Positions 21,667 to 30,895 of a stretch of DNA of 64,000 bases are shown here, one piece after another. Both the position numbers and the translations under genes were made by a program. Under the pieces are notes generated by a model, which saw nothing but the letters and a program-made list of their open reading frames with translations, searched no databases and was not told where the DNA came from. How positions within the stretch are numbered: the stretch's first letter is position 1; every line of letters begins with the position of its first letter. Source of the DNA: an uncultured Chloroflexia bacterium (GTDB taxonomy: Bacteria; Chloroflexota; Limnocylindria; Limnocylindrales; CSP1-4); NCBI GenBank assembly GCA_963776865.1, contig CAVZOG010000010.1:65430-129429 (forward strand), read 5' to 3'.

Positions 21667-22602
21667 TTAGAAATAGCCCTCACGCTTGCGGTCTTCCATG
21701 GCCGTCTCCGAGAAGGCATCGTCAGCCCGCGTCGCGCCGCGCTCGGTGATCCGGGCCGCGGCGACCTCAAGAATGATGTCCTGCACGTTCGCCGCCGGCG
21801 AGTCCACCGCGCCGGTGCAGGTCATGTCGCCCACCGTCCGGTAGCGAACGACCATGTTCTGGACCTCCTCGTCCGGCCCGTTGGGCAGGAACTCGCTCGT
21901 CGACAGCCACATGCCGTCGCGTCGAAAAACGTCACGCCGGTGAGCGAAGTAGATCGACGGAACCTCGAGGTTCTCGCGCTCGATGTACTGCCACACGTCC
22001 ATCTCGGTCCAGTTCGAGATGGGGAAGATGCGCATGTGCTGGCCCTTGCGGAGCTTGCCGTTGTAGAGGCTCCACAGCTCGGGCCGCTGTGCCTTGGGCT
22101 CCCACTGGCCGAACTCGTCGCGCAGCGAGAAGACGCGCTCCTTGGCGCGCGCCTTCTCCTCGTCGCGGCGCGCGCCGCCGAAGACGGCATCGAACTGGTG
22201 CTCCAGGATCGCGTCGAGCAGAGTCGTGGTCTGCAGCCGGTTGCGTGACGGGTTGCCCGGCTCCTCGCTGACGCGGCCCTTGTCGATCGACTCCTGGACC
22301 GACGCGACGATCATGCGCTCGCCCAGCTCCTCGACACGGCGGTCGCGATAGTCGAGCACCTCGGCGAAGTTGTGGCCGGTGTCGATGTGCATGACCGGGA
22401 AGGGAAACTTCGCCGGCCGAAACGCCTTCTCGGCCAGTCGGAGCATCACGATCGAGTCCTTGCCGCCCGAGAAGAGCAGCACCGGCCGCTCGAATTCGGC
22501 GGCTACCTCGCGCATGATGAAGACCGATTCGGCCTCGAGCGCATCGAGGTGAGTCAGACCGCGGTTCACGGACCGGTCGATGTCGGATTGGAGAGTCAGC
22601 AT
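21667..22602 (-). CDS. cysD: Sulfate adenylyltransferase subunit 2
   Basis: Intact 311 aa with the PAPS-reductase-like PP-loop LLFSGGKDSIVML and HIDTGHNF. Confidence 0.9.
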   Translation of the reverse strand: MLTLQSDIDRSVNRGLTHLDALEAESVFIMREVAAEFERPVLLFSGGKDSIVMLRLAEKAFRPAKFPFPVMHIDTGHNFAEVLDYRDRRVEELGERMIVASVQESIDKGRVSEEPGNPSRNRLQTTTLLDAILEHQFDAVFGGARRDEEKARAKERVFSLRDEFGQWEPKAQRPELWSLYNGKLRKGQHMRIFPISNWTEMDVWQYIERENLEVPSIYFAHRRDVFRRDGMWLSTSEFLPNGPDEEVQNMVVRYRTVGDMTCTGAVDSPAANVQDIILEVAAARITERGATRADDAFSETAMEDRKREGYF

Positions 22603-22861
22603 CTGTTATTTACCACTAAATTGATAGAGATTGTCGAATTCGTGGGAACCATCAGTATACGCGACGTTGTTGTATTCGTGCCGGACGGTCGTTCCAGTGC
22701 CTCAAATTCGTTCGCTCCGCGATCCACGATGCGCGGTCCCCCGCTCAATCCTGCCGATGCCCCGAAGCGTGATTGCCACGCGCCGCACCATGCGTCGCAC
22801 GCGTCCGTAGCGGCGGCGGGGCAGAATGAAGGCCAACCGAACTGAAACGAGGAGTCTGCCC

Positions 22862-23293
22862 ATGCTCTCGCGAGTTCTGCGCGCCATCGAGCCGCGCGCC
22901 AACGCCCACGCCCACTGCGACATCCCGTGTGGCGTCTACGACCCGGCCCAGGCCCGGATCGAGGCCGAGTCGTGCTACAAGATCATCCAGAAGTATCACG
23001 ACTCGTCCGACGAGCTCTTCCGCGCCCGGTGCATCAACGTCAAGGAGGAGCGCGCCGAGCTGACCAAGCATCACATCGACGTGATGTGGCACGACTACTT
23101 CAAGCCCGAGCACGTCGAGAAGTTTCCCGACCTGCACGACGTGTGCTGGAAGGCATCCAAGCAGGCGTCGCAGGTCAAGCGCACGCTCGACATCGACGAG
23201 GCGCAGAAGCTGCTCGATCTGATCGACAAGATCGACAACATGTGGCGCGAGACCGGCGGTCCGGCCACCACGCGCCTGCAGGCCGCTTCCTAA
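22862..23293 (+). CDS. sodN: Nickel superoxide dismutase precursor
   Basis: The Ni-hook HCDIPCGVYDPA is preceded by a short propeptide MLSRVLRAIEPRANAHA. GAGGAG lies 7 nt upstream of ATG 22862. The ORF track starts earlier, at 22826. Confidence 0.9.
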   Translation: MLSRVLRAIEPRANAHAHCDIPCGVYDPAQARIEAESCYKIIQKYHDSSDELFRARCINVKEERAELTKHHIDVMWHDYFKPEHVEKFPDLHDVCWKASKQASQVKRTLDIDEAQKLLDLIDKIDNMWRETGGPATTRLQAAS

Positions 23294-23323
23294 GCAGTCA
23301 GCAGCGACTCAAGCCGTTCGTTG

Positions 23324-23734
23324 ATGCGCCGCCCCGGGCTGCTGCTCGGGGCGGCGCTCGGCATTCTGGCCGGCGCCACGTTCGCGCCGGTGCTGGCCAG
23401 GGTCGTCCGCTCGTGGCCCAATCGCGTCGCGGTTTTCGGTCACAGCATGGAGCCGACCCTGCGGGCGGGGGATTGGCTGCTCGTCGACCCCGAGGCGTTC
23501 ATCACTCGGCTGCCGGCTCCTGGGGAGCTATGCGTCGCCCATGACCCCCGCGTGCCGCAGCGACTGATCGTCAAGCGCGCCACCTGGGTGACCGGCTCGA
23601 CCGCGACGCTGGCCAGCGACCATCCAGCGCACGTGGCCGCGGACGAAGCGATCGGCCCGGTCGCGGCAGCAGAGATCGTCGGGCAACCATGGCTCAGGTA
23701 CTGGCCGCTTGACCGGTTCGGGCGAGTGGGCTGA
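23324..23734 (+). CDS. sodX: NiSOD maturation peptidase (S26 signal-peptidase-like)
   Basis: Lies immediately downstream of sodN. Has the S26 catalytic-Ser motif GHSMEPTL and later IVKR. About 136 aa. Confidence 0.8.
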   Translation: MRRPGLLLGAALGILAGATFAPVLARVVRSWPNRVAVFGHSMEPTLRAGDWLLVDPEAFITRLPAPGELCVAHDPRVPQRLIVKRATWVTGSTATLASDHPAHVAADEAIGPVAAAEIVGQPWLRYWPLDRFGRVG

Positions 23735-23747
23735 CCCTAGGCAACTG

Positions 23748-24161
23748 ATGAACGGTCGCTTGGTGCTCGCCGGGACACTTGCCACACTGCTGGCCGTTGT
23801 CGCCAACGTGATCCTCTCGATCGTGCTCCGTTCGGCGGTCGATCCGTCGGCGATCTTTCAACCGCTGAACGTAGGATCGGTGGCGTTCCTGACCGCCTTC
23901 GGAGCGATCGCGGCGACATTCGTCTACGAGTACATCGTCGCCAGATCCGAGAATCCGCAGCGGCGCTTCATCCGTGTCGCGGTAATCGCCCTGCTGCTGT
24001 CGTTCGTGCCCGACCTGGCTCTGCTCGCCGGTGTCGGACCCGGCCAGAACGCCGACATCCCGCGCGTTCTTGCGCTCATGACGATGCACGTGGTCGCTGC
24101 CGTGATCATCGTGACCGTGCTCGTCACCATCGGTCCGAAGGCGTCCGACTCGAGCGTTTGA
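23748..24161 (+). CDS. Small 4-TM membrane protein (DUF6069-like, tentative)
   Basis: ATG 23748 lies 14 nt after the sodX stop. Four hydrophobic segments. The family assignment is from memory only. Confidence 0.5.
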   Translation: MNGRLVLAGTLATLLAVVANVILSIVLRSAVDPSAIFQPLNVGSVAFLTAFGAIAATFVYEYIVARSENPQRRFIRVAVIALLLSFVPDLALLAGVGPGQNADIPRVLALMTMHVVAAVIIVTVLVTIGPKASDSSV

Positions 24162-24185
24162 CAAGTTCCTTCGTACGGACATAAT
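24158..24185 (+). promoter_or_regulatory. Near-consensus sigma-70-type promoter for the marR-MFS operon
   Basis: TTGACA (24158-24163), 16 nt, then CATAAT (24180-24185). The palindrome CGTACG (24172-24177) lies in the spacer. TTCGTAC is repeated at 24170-24176 and 24206-24212. Confidence 0.5.
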
Positions 24186-24219
24186 GCTCAATGCAGAGCA
24201 AACTATTCGTACAGGGCTA

Positions 24220-24720
24220 ATGATCCGCGTGACAACCTTGCCTCAGAGCCTTGAATCGGAGAGCGTCGACCTCGTCGACGCCATCCTCAACCAGCTCGAC
24301 CCACTCATCGCCCGACAGCGACGCGCCGTTGCCCGCGCCGGCTGTCTGCGCGCAATCAGCTCGACACACCTGCATGTCCTCTTCCTGCTCGAGAGCGAGG
24401 GCCAGATGACGATGAGTCGGATGGCCGAGCTGCTCGACGTGTCGCTGCCCAATGTCACCGGTCTCGTGGATCGGATGGAGGAGCGCGGCCTGGTCGAGCG
24501 CGGCCGTGATGCCGACGATCGGCGCCTGGTCACCATCAAGGCGACCACCGTGGGCCGTGCCACGGTCGAAGAGATCGACCAGATCCGCCGGCAGGCGCTG
24601 GCCAGCGTCCTCCGAACGCTGACCCCGGAGCAGCAACAGCGAGCGCTCCGGACCTTCACCGACCTGGGCACCGCGGCCGAGACAACGCCGCTGCCATCCG
24701 AAATCACTGCAGCGAGCTAG
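24220..24720 (+). CDS. MarR-family transcriptional regulator
   Basis: Winged-helix region MSRMAELLDVSLPNVTGLVDRMEERGLVERGRDADDRRLV. The ORF opens at ATG 24184, but that ATG overlaps the predicted -10 hexamer, so ATG 24220 is preferred. Confidence 0.8.
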   Translation: MIRVTTLPQSLESESVDLVDAILNQLDPLIARQRRAVARAGCLRAISSTHLHVLFLLESEGQMTMSRMAELLDVSLPNVTGLVDRMEERGLVERGRDADDRRLVTIKATTVGRATVEEIDQIRRQALASVLRTLTPEQQQRALRTFTDLGTAAETTPLPSEITAAS

Positions 24721-24726
24721 ACCGAC

Positions 24727-26439
24727 ATGGAACCGATTCCCGCCACTCCCGAGGCAACCGGCGCGTCCGCCGTTAAGTCGGGCCCGACGATCTCGATCGA
24801 TCCGCGGGCGCGGACAGAGATCCTTATCGCCATTCTGCTGGCGCTCTTCCTGAGCGCGCTCGACCAGACGATCGTCGGCACGGCGATGCCGACCATCGTG
24901 ACCGACCTGTCGGGCAACGCCCTGTACACCTGGGTCGTCACGATCTACCTGCTCACGAGCACCATCACCGGGCCGATCTACGGCAAGCTGTCCGACCAGT
25001 TCGGCCGGCGCACGCCGCTGATGTTCGGCGTGACGCTGTTCCTGATCGGCTCGTTCCTGTGCGGACTTGCCCAGGACATGAACCAGCTCATCCTCTTCCG
25101 CGGCATCCAGGGCCTCGGCGCGGGCGCCATCTTCCCCATCGCGCTGGCCGTCATCGGTGACCTGTTCACACCCCAGGAGCGCGGCAAGTACCAGGGCCTG
25201 TTCGGCGCCGTGTTCGGCATCTCGGCCCTGATCGGCCCGGCGCTGGGCGGCTTCCTGACCGACCAGGTGAGCTGGCACTGGGTCTTCTTCGTCAACATTC
25301 CGATCGGCATCATCGCCCTGGCGATCATGTACCGACTCCTGCCACGCCATCAGCGGACCGGCGTGACGCGGACCATCGACTACCTCGGCGTGGCGGTCTT
25401 CACCGCGGCGATGATCCCGATCCTGATCGGCATCACCAACTCCCAGTTCCATGACTTCGTCGATCCATGGGTCGGCGGACTGATCCTCGTCGGCCTCGTC
25501 CTTGCCGGACTGTTCGTGTGGGTCGAGTCGCGCGCCAAGGAACCGATCATGCCGCTCGATCTGTTCCGCAACCGGACCTACTCGGTGTCGATCCTGGCCG
25601 CCTTCCTGGCCAGCTTCGGCTTCTTCGGCGCGATCATCTTCCTGCCGCGCTGGTACCAGGTCGTCAACGGCTCGACCGCGACCGAGTCGGGCTACCAGCT
25701 GCTTCCGCTGCTGGCCGGACTGATCCTCGGTTCGATACTCAGCGGCCAGTTCGTCAGCCGGACCGGTCGCTACAAGTGGCTGACGGTGGCGGCGCTCGTG
25801 TTGCTCGCCGGCTCATTGCTGCTGATGACAGGCCTGCATGCCGACACGCCACCGCAGATGCTGTGGGTCTGGCAGTTCCTTGCCGGTCTGGGCATTGGCC
25901 CGTCGTTGGCGGTGTTCACGATCATCGTCCAGAACTCCGTCCCGTGGCAGAAGCTCGGCGCGGCGACAAGCGGCCTGACGTTCTTCCGCCAGATCGGCGG
26001 CACGATCGGACTCGCACTCGCCGGCGCCATCTTCGGCGCGACGCTGCAGAGCCAGGCGCCGGTCCAGATCGGGGCCGAGCTCGTCCGCGCCGGCGTGCCG
26101 CAGTCACAGATCGATCAGCTCGCCGGTCAGATTTCCGGCGGTGCCCTCAACCTTGACGATCTGTCGGCGGTCGGTGACATGGGTGCGCGCATCCTCGCCG
26201 GTGTTCCAGAGGCGGCACGGGCTCTCGTCGAGCCACTCATCCCGTCCATCGTGCTGGGCATCCACGAGGCGTTCTCGCTGGCCATCGCCAACACGCTGTG
26301 GCTGAGTGTTGCCGCCACATTGATCGCCGCTGTCGCGGTGCTCACCCTGCGCGAGGTGCCGTTGCGAACGACGATCCGCGACGCCAGCCCGGCGGCGGCC
26401 AAGACGCCCGATTCCGCTGGTCTTCCGGCGACCGACTAG
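24727..26439 (+). CDS. MFS transporter, DHA2 (14-TM EmrB/QacA-like) drug:H+ antiporter
   Basis: Intact 570 aa with LDQTIVGTAMPTI, GKLSDQFGRR and many TM segments. Lies 6 nt downstream of marR. Confidence 0.85.
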   Translation: MEPIPATPEATGASAVKSGPTISIDPRARTEILIAILLALFLSALDQTIVGTAMPTIVTDLSGNALYTWVVTIYLLTSTITGPIYGKLSDQFGRRTPLMFGVTLFLIGSFLCGLAQDMNQLILFRGIQGLGAGAIFPIALAVIGDLFTPQERGKYQGLFGAVFGISALIGPALGGFLTDQVSWHWVFFVNIPIGIIALAIMYRLLPRHQRTGVTRTIDYLGVAVFTAAMIPILIGITNSQFHDFVDPWVGGLILVGLVLAGLFVWVESRAKEPIMPLDLFRNRTYSVSILAAFLASFGFFGAIIFLPRWYQVVNGSTATESGYQLLPLLAGLILGSILSGQFVSRTGRYKWLTVAALVLLAGSLLLMTGLHADTPPQMLWVWQFLAGLGIGPSLAVFTIIVQNSVPWQKLGAATSGLTFFRQIGGTIGLALAGAIFGATLQSQAPVQIGAELVRAGVPQSQIDQLAGQISGGALNLDDLSAVGDMGARILAGVPEAARALVEPLIPSIVLGIHEAFSLAIANTLWLSVAATLIAAVAVLTLREVPLRTTIRDASPAAAKTPDSAGLPATD

Positions 26440-26445
26440 GAGCGA

Positions 26446-26495
26446 TCAGGCCCGACCGACCCAAGGTCAGGCCGACTGACCCAGGGTCAGGTCAG
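26446..26495. repeat. Tandem ~20-bp direct repeat with a palindromic core, between convergent genes
   Basis: tcaggcccgaccgacccaagg / tcaggccgactgacccaggg / tcaggtcag. The core CTGAC-CCAGG-GTCAG lies at 26476-26490. Confidence 0.7.
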
Positions 26496-27443
26496 AAAGA
26501 TCTCGCCCAGCAGGCGAACCATGTCCAGGTCGCGCGGCAGGAAGGTCTGGAGCATCACCCGTTCGACGCCTGCGGCCTCGAACTCGGCGAGCCTCGCCCG
26601 TGCCTGGTCCGGCGTGCCCCAGATCCAGCGCCGGCTGCGGTCCTCGAGCCAATCGTCGGCATCGGCGCCGGTGGCGCCCACAACTCGGAGCAGCTCCGCG
26701 CTGCGCCGGCCGACCTCCGCGTCCGAGCGCCCGACGAGCACCCCGGTCATCGCCGAGTAGGTGATCCCGGCCGGGTCGCGACCCTCTGCTTGGCACGCGG
26801 CACGAACGCGCTCATACGCCTCGGCGGCCGCCCGCGGGCTGGCCGAGGTGAGATTGAACTCGTCGGCATACTTTGCGACGAGGCGCGCCATCCGCGGGCG
26901 GCCGCTGCCACCCACGATCACGTTGGGATGCCGGAGGCCGTCGGCCGCGGCCGGCTTGGGATAGAACTGCGCGTCGCTGACCTGCCAGTGCCGGCCCTGG
27001 AATGACCAGCCGTCTGGCTCGGTCCACAGGCCGTGGACGATGGCCAGCTGCTCCTCGAGCATGTCGAAGCGCTCGCCCGTGGGCGGGAAGCGCAACCCGT
27101 GCTGGTCATGCTCGAGCTCATTCCAACCGGCGCCCAGGCCGAGCTCCACTCGACCGCCGCTCATCTCGGCCACGGTGGCGGCGACCTTGGCCAGGTTGCC
27201 CGGCAGACGGAATGTGACCGGAGACACCAGCACGCCGAGGTTGATGCGGCTCGTCTCGCGCGCCAGGCCGGCGAGCGCGGTCCACGCGTCCGTGGTCGGG
27301 AGGCCCGACGCCCCCGGGAAGCTGGCGTAGTGGTCGGATCGGAAGTACGCCTCGAAACCGGCTTCCTCCGCCGCCTGGGCGAGGGCCAGGATCTCTGCGT
27401 ATGAAAGGCCCTGCTGGGGCTCGGACATCAGTGCGAAGCGCAT
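26487..27443 (-). CDS. Luciferase-like (LLM class, F420-type) oxidoreductase
   Basis: ATG 27443 gives MRFALMSEPQQGLSY..YFRSDHY..GGRVELGLGAGWNELEH. The ORF-track 5' extension to 27683 is not supported. Confidence 0.85.
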   Translation of the reverse strand: MRFALMSEPQQGLSYAEILALAQAAEEAGFEAYFRSDHYASFPGASGLPTTDAWTALAGLARETSRINLGVLVSPVTFRLPGNLAKVAATVAEMSGGRVELGLGAGWNELEHDQHGLRFPPTGERFDMLEEQLAIVHGLWTEPDGWSFQGRHWQVSDAQFYPKPAAADGLRHPNVIVGGSGRPRMARLVAKYADEFNLTSASPRAAAEAYERVRAACQAEGRDPAGITYSAMTGVLVGRSDAEVGRRSAELLRVVGATGADADDWLEDRSRRWIWGTPDQARARLAEFEAAGVERVMLQTFLPRDLDMVRLLGEIFLT

Positions 27444-27552
27444 CGACCACTCCCACGTGGCCGGCGCGGCCATTGCGCACCGGCATCGCGTTACATGGTC
27501 ACACGTCTGGCCGCGAAGGTCGCCGGAGACGTCACTCGATACGGTCGTTGTG

Positions 27553-28458
27553 TCAGGCGATCGGCGCCTCGGAGCGTGCGGCCAGCCATCGCCGGCGCAG
27601 CCAGGCGGCGAGCAGCACGATCGCCGCGAGCGGCACGATGACCGGCAACACGACGATCGCCAGCCAGACAAGCAGGCTTGCAAAGCCCTGGCCGAGACGG
27701 ACGAGCGCGGCCATCGCGTTGTCGATCTCGGTTCCCAGGCTCCAGCCCGTGCTCGCCACGCTCGCCGCTGCCACCGGGACGCTGAAGGTCATGGTCAGCG
27801 TGGACAGCGCGGCACGGCTCGCGAGCAGGTCGCGCTGTGCGGTCAGGCTCTCGATGTCGCCGCGCACGGCGGTCAGCTCGTCCTGCACCTTCAGGACGTC
27901 GGTGATGGTCGTCGCCTGGACCATGATTTCCTGCAGGGCAGATTCGGTCGCCTGCAGATTGGCGATGCGCGCGTCGAGATCGACGACCTGGGCGGTCACG
28001 TCCTCGGACGCGGTGCTTTCGTTGACGACCCGTGCGCCAAGCGCGCGGAGCGCGGCGACGGCCTCGGCCCAGCGAGGTGCCGGGATGCGGTACGTGACCG
28101 AAGCCGCCTGGCTGTTGTCGGTGTTGCTCGCCTCGGATGAAGCGATGTGGCCGCCGAAGCCGTTGACGATCTGCTCGGCCTGGCTCACGGACGCTGCGAG
28201 ATCGGTCACCTCGAGGTCGAGCCGGCCGGTGTAGACGATCAGCTGCTCGCCGGGCAGGACCGGTGCTGAGTTGGGCCCTCGAACGTCGCCAAAGTCATTT
28301 TCGCCCGAGGTTGGTGCCTGGGCCGGTGCGTCCGTCGCTGCCGGAAGGCCGTCCTGTCGATCTTCGGCGTCCAACAGGGCTGCCGCTCCGCCTGAGCAAC
28401 CAACCGCCAGGATCAGGATTGTTCCCAGAAGAAGTAGCAGGCCGTGATTGCGTCTCAT
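27553..28458 (-). CDS. DUF4349-type lipoprotein with a C-terminal TM anchor
   Basis: Lipobox LAVGC. Family-like region VYTGRLDLEVTDLAASVSQAEQIV, a coiled region, and a terminal hydrophobic segment. Confidence 0.7.
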   Translation of the reverse strand: MRRNHGLLLLLGTILILAVGCSGGAAALLDAEDRQDGLPAATDAPAQAPTSGENDFGDVRGPNSAPVLPGEQLIVYTGRLDLEVTDLAASVSQAEQIVNGFGGHIASSEASNTDNSQAASVTYRIPAPRWAEAVAALRALGARVVNESTASEDVTAQVVDLDARIANLQATESALQEIMVQATTITDVLKVQDELTAVRGDIESLTAQRDLLASRAALSTLTMTFSVPVAAASVASTGWSLGTEIDNAMAALVRLGQGFASLLVWLAIVVLPVIVPLAAIVLLAAWLRRRWLAARSEAPIA

Positions 28459-28567
28459 CGTCGTACTCCCAATTGATTGGGCACGCGCAGCATTCCACGC
28501 CCACGTTTCGACGCTGGCAGTAGTCGATTAAGTTCCCGATGCCATCAGATCGGTAGCTGCCGCAGTC

Positions 28568-29065
28568 GTGGCTACCATTCGGGCGTGGAACCGAAGGTGC
28601 TGGCCGTCCCTGACAACCACGCTCGCGCCGGGCACGCGCGATCGGCCGTTCACGCGGGTGGCGTCCATCTCACAGCTGCCCGCGGGCCAGATGGTCCGCT
28701 TCACCGAGGGCGACCTCGACCTGCTCGTCGCGCACACCGATGAAGGCATCTGCGTCACGGACGACCGCTGCCCGCACATGGCGGCGCCACTGTCGGTCGG
28801 TTCGTTGACCGGGTGCGTAGTGGCCTGCCCGCTCCATCGCGGTGCGTTCGACCTCGCGAGCGGCGACGTCGTCCAGTTCCCGACGACCGGCGGCCTCGAT
28901 GCGGACGGCAACTACCACGCTCCGTGGACGCCGGTCGAAGCGGCCGGCAAGCCGGAGCCGACCGACCTGAAGGCCCGTGCCCGTGCCCTCACCCGCGTTC
29001 GTCGGATGCGCTATTACCCGGTGCGGCTGGACGGCGACTGGATCGAGGCGCAGCTGCCCGACTGA
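28568..29065 (+). CDS. Rieske [2Fe-2S] ferredoxin-like protein; start uncertain
   Basis: CPHMAAPL..(16 aa)..CPLHRGAF gives the Rieske ligand pattern. Confidence 0.75.
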   Translation: MATIRAWNRRCWPSLTTTLAPGTRDRPFTRVASISQLPAGQMVRFTEGDLDLLVAHTDEGICVTDDRCPHMAAPLSVGSLTGCVVACPLHRGAFDLASGDVVQFPTTGGLDADGNYHAPWTPVEAAGKPEPTDLKARARALTRVRRMRYYPVRLDGDWIEAQLPD

Positions 29066-29085
29066 GCGTTGCCGATTGGCAACGC
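29066..29085 (+). terminator. Stem-loop immediately after the Rieske ferredoxin stop (no U-tract)
   Basis: GCGTTGCC-GATT-GGCAACGC: an 8-bp perfect stem starting 1 nt after TGA 29063-29065. Confidence 0.4.
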
Positions 29086-29165
29086 CTCCATCCAGCGGTT
29101 AGAGTTCCTTCGACTTGGCCCTCACGAGCGTGCCGTGTAGCCGGAGGCCAACGGAGTAGCCGTGC

Positions 29166-29627
29166 GTGGACCTGCGTACAAAACGAACAATCCGCAGTGC
29201 GATAGAGATTCGCGCGCCGCTCGATGTCGTGTGGCGCGTATTGACTGACTTCGCCGCCTACCCGGACTGGAATCCGCACATCAAGCGGGTCCAGGGCACG
29301 CCGCGCGTGGGCAGTCGCATCACCATCCACACCCAGCCGCCGGGAGGCCGCACGGTGGTGATGAGGCCGGAGGTCATCGAGTGGGCGCCGCCCAACGAGC
29401 TGCGCTGGCGAGGTACGTTCATCTCGCGCCGGCTGTTCACGGGCGAGCATGGCTTTCGAGTCGACAGCAGTGCCAATGGACGGGTTCGGTTCACGCAGGA
29501 CGAGACCTTCACCGGGCTGCTCGTACCGCTCTACGCCCGACTGCGCATGAACGCGACGCGCAACGGATTCGATCAGGTCAACGAGGCGCTTCGCGAACGC
29601 GCCGAGGCTGAGGCGCAGACTGCGTGA
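29166..29627 (+). CDS. SRPBCC (polyketide cyclase/dehydrase-like) family protein
   Basis: 153 aa with IEIRAPLDVVWRVLTDFAAYPDWNPHI, typical of the family. Confidence 0.75.
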   Translation: MDLRTKRTIRSAIEIRAPLDVVWRVLTDFAAYPDWNPHIKRVQGTPRVGSRITIHTQPPGGRTVVMRPEVIEWAPPNELRWRGTFISRRLFTGEHGFRVDSSANGRVRFTQDETFTGLLVPLYARLRMNATRNGFDQVNEALRERAEAEAQTA

Positions 29628-29650
29628 GGGTTGTCTTCAGGCGCCGGCGA

Positions 29651-30895
29651 TCAGCCGGTGCGAGCCGCTCTGCGGGGGGCGGTCGACCATTTGTCATGGC
29701 GCGGCTCGAAGCGGGTGACGACTCCGTCCTGGGCGTAACCGTCGGCAATCATCAGGTCGAACGCGTGGACCATGTCCTCCATCAGCGAGTAGCGGCCGGG
29801 AACGTAGGCGTTCGATCGCGTGCCGGTCTGTTGGCGCTCGCACACCGCCCAGTCCTGGCGATTGGTCAGGTCCCAGAAGTCGACCGCGTCGCTCGGGTCG
29901 AAGTCGGGCAGCGCGATCTGCTCAGGGTCGAACAGCCATTCGCACACGACGCGCGACCGTTCCGCATCGACCGGCCAGACCTGGTGGGTCATGACGTAGT
30001 CGGGATGGAGGCTGAGCAGCAGGTTGGGCCACACCACGAAGTAGTAGACGCGGCGCGTGTTGTCGTCGGTGATGCCGCGCAGCGGCGGGCGGCCGTGGCT
30101 GCCGCCGTCGGTCGACATCGTGGCGGCTTCCTCGATCAGCTCCATCCAGCCGCCCGCCCATGGCCCGGCCGATTCGAGGTTCATGCCCCGGTCGTACGGG
30201 CTGAGCCGGTTGAGCTGCGGATGGACGCCCGGGCAGTGGTAGCACTCGGAGTAGTTCTCGCCGATGACCTTCCAGTTGGCGTCGACGTGATACTCGATCC
30301 TTCGCGCGCGGCGCAGATCGCCGATCGGATGACTGCCAACCGCCGCCGGCAGGTCGTTCAGGTAGTCGAGCAGCGGCCGTGCGGTCGGGTCGATGTTGAC
30401 GAACAGGAAGCCCTGCCACGTGTCGACGGCGACCGGAACGAGCCCGTTGTCGTCAGCCGCGAAGTCGACCAGCTGCTCGGTGTGCGGAGCGCGCTGGAGC
30501 GAGCCGTCGAGGCCGTAGATCCAGGCGTGGTACGGGCACTGGATGCGCACGACACGACCCGGACCGTCTCCGGCCGGCGGATCAAGCAGCGTCGATCCGC
30601 GGTGGCGGCAGACGTTGTGGAAGGCACGGACCGAGCCATCGCGATCGCGCAGGACGATGACACCCTCGCCGGCAATGTCGGCCAGCAGATAGGTGCCGGG
30701 CATCGGCACATCCTCCTCGCGACCGACGCACAGCCACGTCCGGGCAAACCACGCCCGCTGCTCGAAGGCGAAGACCTCGGGATCGTGAAAGGCGCGCGGC
30801 GGCAGGAGGCTGGCGCGATCGACAGGCTGACGCGTCGCGGCAACGTCGGCCGCGCTCAACGGGCTGCGCAGATCCATCCCAACCGGCTCACTCAT
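29651..30895 (-). CDS. Rieske non-haem iron oxygenase, alpha subunit (GbcA/CntA-like group)
   Basis: CRHRGS..(about 20 aa)..CPYHAWIY Rieske site. The catalytic domain has NWKVIGENYSECYHCPGVHPQL. Confidence 0.85.
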   Translation of the reverse strand: MSEPVGMDLRSPLSAADVAATRQPVDRASLLPPRAFHDPEVFAFEQRAWFARTWLCVGREEDVPMPGTYLLADIAGEGVIVLRDRDGSVRAFHNVCRHRGSTLLDPPAGDGPGRVVRIQCPYHAWIYGLDGSLQRAPHTEQLVDFAADDNGLVPVAVDTWQGFLFVNIDPTARPLLDYLNDLPAAVGSHPIGDLRRARRIEYHVDANWKVIGENYSECYHCPGVHPQLNRLSPYDRGMNLESAGPWAGGWMELIEEAATMSTDGGSHGRPPLRGITDDNTRRVYYFVVWPNLLLSLHPDYVMTHQVWPVDAERSRVVCEWLFDPEQIALPDFDPSDAVDFWDLTNRQDWAVCERQQTGTRSNAYVPGRYSLMEDMVHAFDLMIADGYAQDGVVTRFEPRHDKWSTAPRRAARTG

